In this document: positions 28,621 to 32,000 of the stretch, one piece after another | Layout of the letters: each line of letters begins with the position of its first letter | How positions within the stretch are numbered: position 1 is the stretch's first letter | Source: Candidatus Arthromitus sp. SFB-rat-Yit | GTDB lineage: Bacteria > Bacillota > Clostridia > Clostridiales > Clostridiaceae | DNA length: 32,000 bases | Assembly (NCBI RefSeq): GCF_000283555.1 | Contig: NC_016012.1 | Coordinates: 1,350,001-1,382,000, forward strand | Direction of reading: 5' to 3' | The notes under the pieces: generated by a model | What the model saw: only the letters and a program-made list of their open reading frames with translations | Database searches by the model: none | What the model was told of the DNA's origin: nothing | Made by a program: the position numbers and the translations under genes

Positions 28621-29565
28621 TTATTCATCACTTTGTCTTAAACTTAATCCTAAATCCTTAAGCTTCTTCTCAACTTCTTCTAGGGATTTCTTTCCTAAAT
28701 TTCTAACCTTCATCATATCTTCTAAAGACTTTTGCGCAAGTTCTTGTACTGTATTTATACCCGCTCTCTTTAAACAATTATAACTTCTAACAGAGAAATC
28801 TAATTCTTCAATAGTCATCTCAAGCACTTTTTCTTTTTTATCTTCTTCTTTCTGTACCATTACGACAACTTCATTTGCCTCTTTAGTCAAACCTAAAAAT
28901 AATTTAAAATGTTCAATTAATATTTTAGCAGAATAACTTATTGCCTCATCTACTTTTATAGAACCATTAGTCCATACTTCTATAGTTAATTTATCATAAT
29001 CCGTCACTTGACCTACACGAGTATTTTCAACAGTGAAATTAACTCTCTTTACTGGAGTGTAAATAGAATCAATAGGTATATATCCATCATTACCATCTAC
29101 TTTATTTTTATTTTGTGGTACATAACCTCTTCCTCTATTAACAGTTATCTCCATATTTAAATGTCCATCATCTTCAAGTGTTGCTATATGTAAATCTTTA
29201 TTTATAATTTCAATTCCTTCTTCTTCAATTATATCTGCTGCAGTAACTTCCTTACTTCCTTTAATATCTAAACGTAGTACTTTACTTCCTTCTTCTTCCA
29301 TCCTTAAAGCCAATTGCTTAATATTTAAAATAATTTCTGTTACATCTTCTTTAATACCTTTAATCGTAGAAAATTCATGTAATACTTCATTAATTTTTAT
29401 AGAAGTAGTTGCCACACCTGGCAAAGATGATAGTAAGATTCTTCTCAAAGAATTTCCAAGAGTCGTTCCATAACCTCTTTCTAGAGGATCAATAACATAT
29501 TTACCATATGTTCCTTGTTCATTAGATTCTATACATTCAATTTTAGGTGTTTCAATATCAAACAT
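28621..29565 (-). CDS. rpoA: DNA-directed RNA polymerase alpha subunit
   Basis: 314 aa. The N-terminal domain contains [20 protein letters not shown]. The C-terminal domain contains [16 protein letters not shown]. Confidence 0.97.
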   Translation of the reverse strand: MFDIETPKIECIESNEQGTYGKYVIDPLERGYGTTLGNSLRRILLSSLPGVATTSIKINEVLHEFSTIKGIKEDVTEIILNIKQLALRMEEEGSKVLRLDIKGSKEVTAADIIEEEGIEIINKDLHIATLEDDGHLNMEITVNRGRGYVPQNKNKVDGNDGYIPIDSIYTPVKRVNFTVENTRVGQVTDYDKLTIEVWTNGSIKVDEAISYSAKILIEHFKLFLGLTKEANEVVVMVQKEEDKKEKVLEMTIEELDFSVRSYNCLKRAGINTVQELAQKSLEDMMKVRNLGKKSLEEVEKKLKDLGLSLRQSDE

Positions 29566-29618
29566 ATATAATAAACCCCTCCCTTAATATATATTTTTAA
29601 GGGCATCTGATTCAAAAA

Positions 29619-30245
29619 TTATTTGCTATAAAACTCTACTATTAAAGTTTCATTAAACGGTACATTTAAATCATCCTTAGATGGTAATGATACAATTTTA
29701 CCCTTATATTTATCATCTTCTATACTAATCCATTGTGGAATCATTTTTCTATTCTCAACTAATACTTTAAACTTCTCACTTGATTTGCTTTTATCTACTA
29801 ACTCAATAATATCATCTATTTTAACAACATATGATGGTATATTAACCTTTTTCCCATTTACTAAAAAATGACCATGAGATACTAATTGACGTGCTTCTTT
29901 CCTTGAATTAGAAAATCCCAATTTATATACCACGTTATCCAATCTCATTTCAAGTAAGGTAATTAAATTTTCACCAGTAATGCCTACTTTTCTATCTGCT
30001 CTATTATATATAATTCTAAATTGTTTTTCTAATAAACCATATATTTTTTTAGCCTTCTGTTTTTCTCTTAATTGAAGTGCAAAGTTAGATAATTTTTTTC
30101 TATTCTTACCATGCTGTCCTGGTGCTCCAGCACCTTGTCTTTTGACAACAGAACACTTAGAAGAATAACATCTATCTCCCTTTAAAAATAATTTCATACC
30201 TTCTCTTCTACACAACTTACATTGTGGACCATTGTATTTAGCCAT
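29619..30245 (-). CDS. rpsD: 30S ribosomal protein S4
   Basis: 208 aa. It begins [16 protein letters not shown], carries an S4 RNA-binding domain ([11 protein letters not shown]) and sits at the expected operon position. Confidence 0.97.
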   Translation of the reverse strand: MAKYNGPQCKLCRREGMKLFLKGDRCYSSKCSVVKRQGAGAPGQHGKNRKKLSNFALQLREKQKAKKIYGLLEKQFRIIYNRADRKVGITGENLITLLEMRLDNVVYKLGFSNSRKEARQLVSHGHFLVNGKKVNIPSYVVKIDDIIELVDKSKSSEKFKVLVENRKMIPQWISIEDDKYKGKIVSLPSKDDLNVPFNETLIVEFYSK

Positions 30246-30259
30246 TTCACACCTCCAAA

Positions 30260-30658
30260 TTACACCCTTCTTCTCTTTGGTGGTCTACACCCATTATGAG
30301 GAATAGGTGTCACATCTTTTATTAAAGTTATTTCTAATCCAGCAGCTTGTAAGGATCTTATAGCTGCCTCTCTTCCTGATCCAGGCCCTTTAACATATAC
30401 TTCTACACTTTTAAGACCATGCTCCATAGCAACTGAAGCTGCAGTTTCAGCTGCCATTTGTGCGGCATAAGGGGTACTTTTTCTAGATCCTTTAAATCCT
30501 AATGCACCGGCACTTGACCAAGATAAAGTATTACCATTAACATCAGTCAAAGTAACAATTGAATTATTAAAAGTTGATTTTATATGTGCAGATCCTCTAT
30601 CTACATTTTTTCTATCTTTCTTGCGCTTATTAATCTTTTTAGATTTTTGTATCGCCAT
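30260..30658 (-). CDS. rpsK: 30S ribosomal protein S11
   Basis: 132 aa ending [13 protein letters not shown]. Confidence 0.97.
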   Translation of the reverse strand: MAIQKSKKINKRKKDRKNVDRGSAHIKSTFNNSIVTLTDVNGNTLSWSSAGALGFKGSRKSTPYAAQMAAETAASVAMEHGLKSVEVYVKGPGSGREAAIRSLQAAGLEITLIKDVTPIPHNGCRPPKRRRV

Positions 30659-30675
30659 TTAAACTACTTACCTCC

Positions 30676-31044
30676 CTACTTCTTTTTATTTGCTATAGTT
30701 TTTCGTGGACCCTTAACCGTCCTTGCATTAGTTTTAGTTCTTTGACCTCTTAAAGGCAACCTTTTTCTATGTCTAATTCCCCTATAACATCCTATTTCTA
30801 TTAATCTTTTTATATTTAAAACAACGTCTCTCCTTAAATCTCCCTCTACTCTAAGATTTTTATTAATAAAATCTCTTATTAGATTGATTTGTTCCTCAGT
30901 TAAATCTTTAACTCTTATATCAGGATTTATATTTGTTTCTTTTAAAATCCTCTTAGATGTAGATAATCCTATACCATAAATATACGTCAAACTTACTTCT
31001 ACTCTCTTATCCTTAGGTATATCTATTCCAGAAATTCTAGCCAT
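30676..31044 (-). CDS. rpsM: 30S ribosomal protein S13
   Basis: 122 aa beginning [15 protein letters not shown]. Confidence 0.97.
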   Translation of the reverse strand: MARISGIDIPKDKRVEVSLTYIYGIGLSTSKRILKETNINPDIRVKDLTEEQINLIRDFINKNLRVEGDLRRDVVLNIKRLIEIGCYRGIRHRKRLPLRGQRTKTNARTVKGPRKTIANKKK

Positions 31045-31062
31045 TAAATATTCACCTCCATT

Positions 31063-31176
31063 TTATCCTTGTTTTTGTTTATGTTTTGGTGTTTCACAAA
31101 TAATCATAACTCGACCTTTTCTCTTTATAACTCTACATTTTTCACATATAGGTTTTACAGATGCTCTTATTTTCAT
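31063..31176 (-). CDS. rpmJ: 50S ribosomal protein L36
   Basis: It is not in the track because it is only 37 aa. My hand translation is [44 protein letters not shown] lies upstream. It sits between infA and rpsM, as expected. Confidence 0.93.
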   Translation of the reverse strand: MKIRASVKPICEKCRVIKRKGRVMIICETPKHKQKQG

Positions 31177-31194
31177 AATTATCCTCCTACAATT

Positions 31195-31413
31195 TCACTT
31201 AGCTCTCCAAGTTATCCTACCACGGGTTAAGTCGTAAGGCGACATTTCTATTTTAACTTTATCCCCAGGAATTATCCTTATAAAATTCATTCTTAATTTA
31301 CCTGAAATATGTGCAAGAATTACATGCCCACTTTCAAGCTCAACTTGAAATGTTGCATTTGGTAACGATTCTTTGACAATTCCTTGCATTTCTATAATAT
31401 CATCTTTAGCCAT
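31195..31413 (-). CDS. infA: Translation initiation factor IF-1
   Basis: 72-aa S1-like fold protein: [13 protein letters not shown]...[13 protein letters not shown]...RGRITWR. Confidence 0.97.
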   Translation of the reverse strand: MAKDDIIEMQGIVKESLPNATFQVELESGHVILAHISGKLRMNFIRIIPGDKVKIEMSPYDLTRGRITWRAK

Positions 31414-31451
31414 TTACTTTAACCCTCCCTAAACAATATTTCATAATTTGC

Positions 31452-32000
31452 TTATAATGTTATAATTTCTGGATCGGAATCGGTTATAATAACAGTATTT
31501 TCGTAATGAGCAGATAAACTATTATCCATTGTCACAACCGTCCAGTTATCATCAAGTATTCTAACATGTTCCTTTCCTAAATTAACCATAGGCTCAATCG
31601 CGATAGCCATACCTTTTTTAATATAAAATCCCGTTCCTTTTCTACCAAAATTAGGAATTTCAGGTGCTTCATGTAGATCCTTGCCAATACCATGACCAGT
31701 AAAATCTCTAACTATAGAATACCCATTGTTTTCAACATATTCTTGAATGGAAAAGGATATATCACCAATCAAATATCCCTCTTTCGCATATTTAAGAGAT
31801 TGAAAAAAACTATCACGTGTAACTTCTATAAGTTTCTTAGCACTTTTTGACACATTACCTACAGCAAAGGTTCTAGCTGCATCAGCGTGAAATCCATAAA
31901 TGTTAGCCCCACAATCTACACTAACTATATCGCCATCTTCAATAATTAGATCAGAAGGAATACCATGTATAACCTGATTATTTACAGATATACATAATGT
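31452..32000 (-). CDS. map: Methionine aminopeptidase type I. The 5' end lies beyond the right edge of the window.
   Basis: The frame is open to base 32000 (..NNQVIHGIPSDLIIEDGDIVSVDCGANIYGFHADAARTF..). It also has GHGIGKDLHEAP and HYENTVIIT. The track entry starts at an internal GTG. Confidence 0.93.
   Translation of the reverse strand, partial: TLCISVNNQVIHGIPSDLIIEDGDIVSVDCGANIYGFHADAARTFAVGNVSKSAKKLIEVTRDSFFQSLKYAKEGYLIGDISFSIQEYVENNGYSIVRDFTGHGIGKDLHEAPEIPNFGRKGTGFYIKKGMAIAIEPMVNLGKEHVRILDDNWTVVTMDNSLSAHYENTVIITDSDPEIITL

Noticed and set aside
24487-28783. Plus-strand ORFs 24487-24696, 25526-25714, 28020-28247 and 28595-28783.
   Set aside because: They lie antisense to rplM, truA, ecfA1, and rplQ/rpoA, and are shadow ORFs.
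1-32000. A search for alternative genetic code, mobile elements, phage genes, toxin-antitoxin pairs or defence systems.
   Set aside because: The genes whose stop codons I read directly end in standard stops (TAA or TAG), and their lengths are family-typical. I saw no transposase, integrase, recombinase, terminal inverted repeats, or nuclease, ATPase or helicase clusters. The content is core metabolism and translation.

Overview
This is a very AT-rich, Clostridium-like chromosomal segment. The presence of cwlD suggests an endospore former. It is almost entirely housekeeping and is mostly transcribed on the minus strand.

Gene content from right to left:
- The distal end of the ribosomal-protein super-operon: map-infA-rpmJ-rpsM-rpsK-rpsD-rpoA-rplQ.
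- ecfA1-ecfA2-ecfT-truA, then rplM-rpsI.
- cwlD plus a translationally coupled orphan gene.
- ptsI-iadA-trxA.
- Two plus-strand orphan envelope proteins.
- cdaA-cdaR, four 2-oxoacid:ferredoxin oxidoreductase genes, then glmM.
- A Cof-type HAD phosphatase.
- An AbgT-family transporter.
- A small NpmA/KamB-like 16S rRNA methyltransferase homologue.
- adhE, preceded by two Rex-type operators.
- The first 1828 codons of a giant cyclic beta-1,2-glucan-synthase-like gene (1..5484, minus strand).

The ORF track does not list the giant gene. Its stop codon lies beyond the left edge of the window, so I translated it by hand.

I found no rRNA, tRNA, CRISPR array, transposase, integrase or recognisable defence island. 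I do not see a convincing novel multi-gene system. The items most worth a second look are:
- the A1408-methyltransferase homologue;
- the Gram-positive cyclic-glucan synthase;
- the oxidoreductase genes sitting inside the cdaA-cdaR-glmM module;
- the three orphan proteins;
- an isoaspartyl dipeptidase gene with no canonical start codon.

All family assignments rest on my recognition of motifs in the translations. No database search was run.
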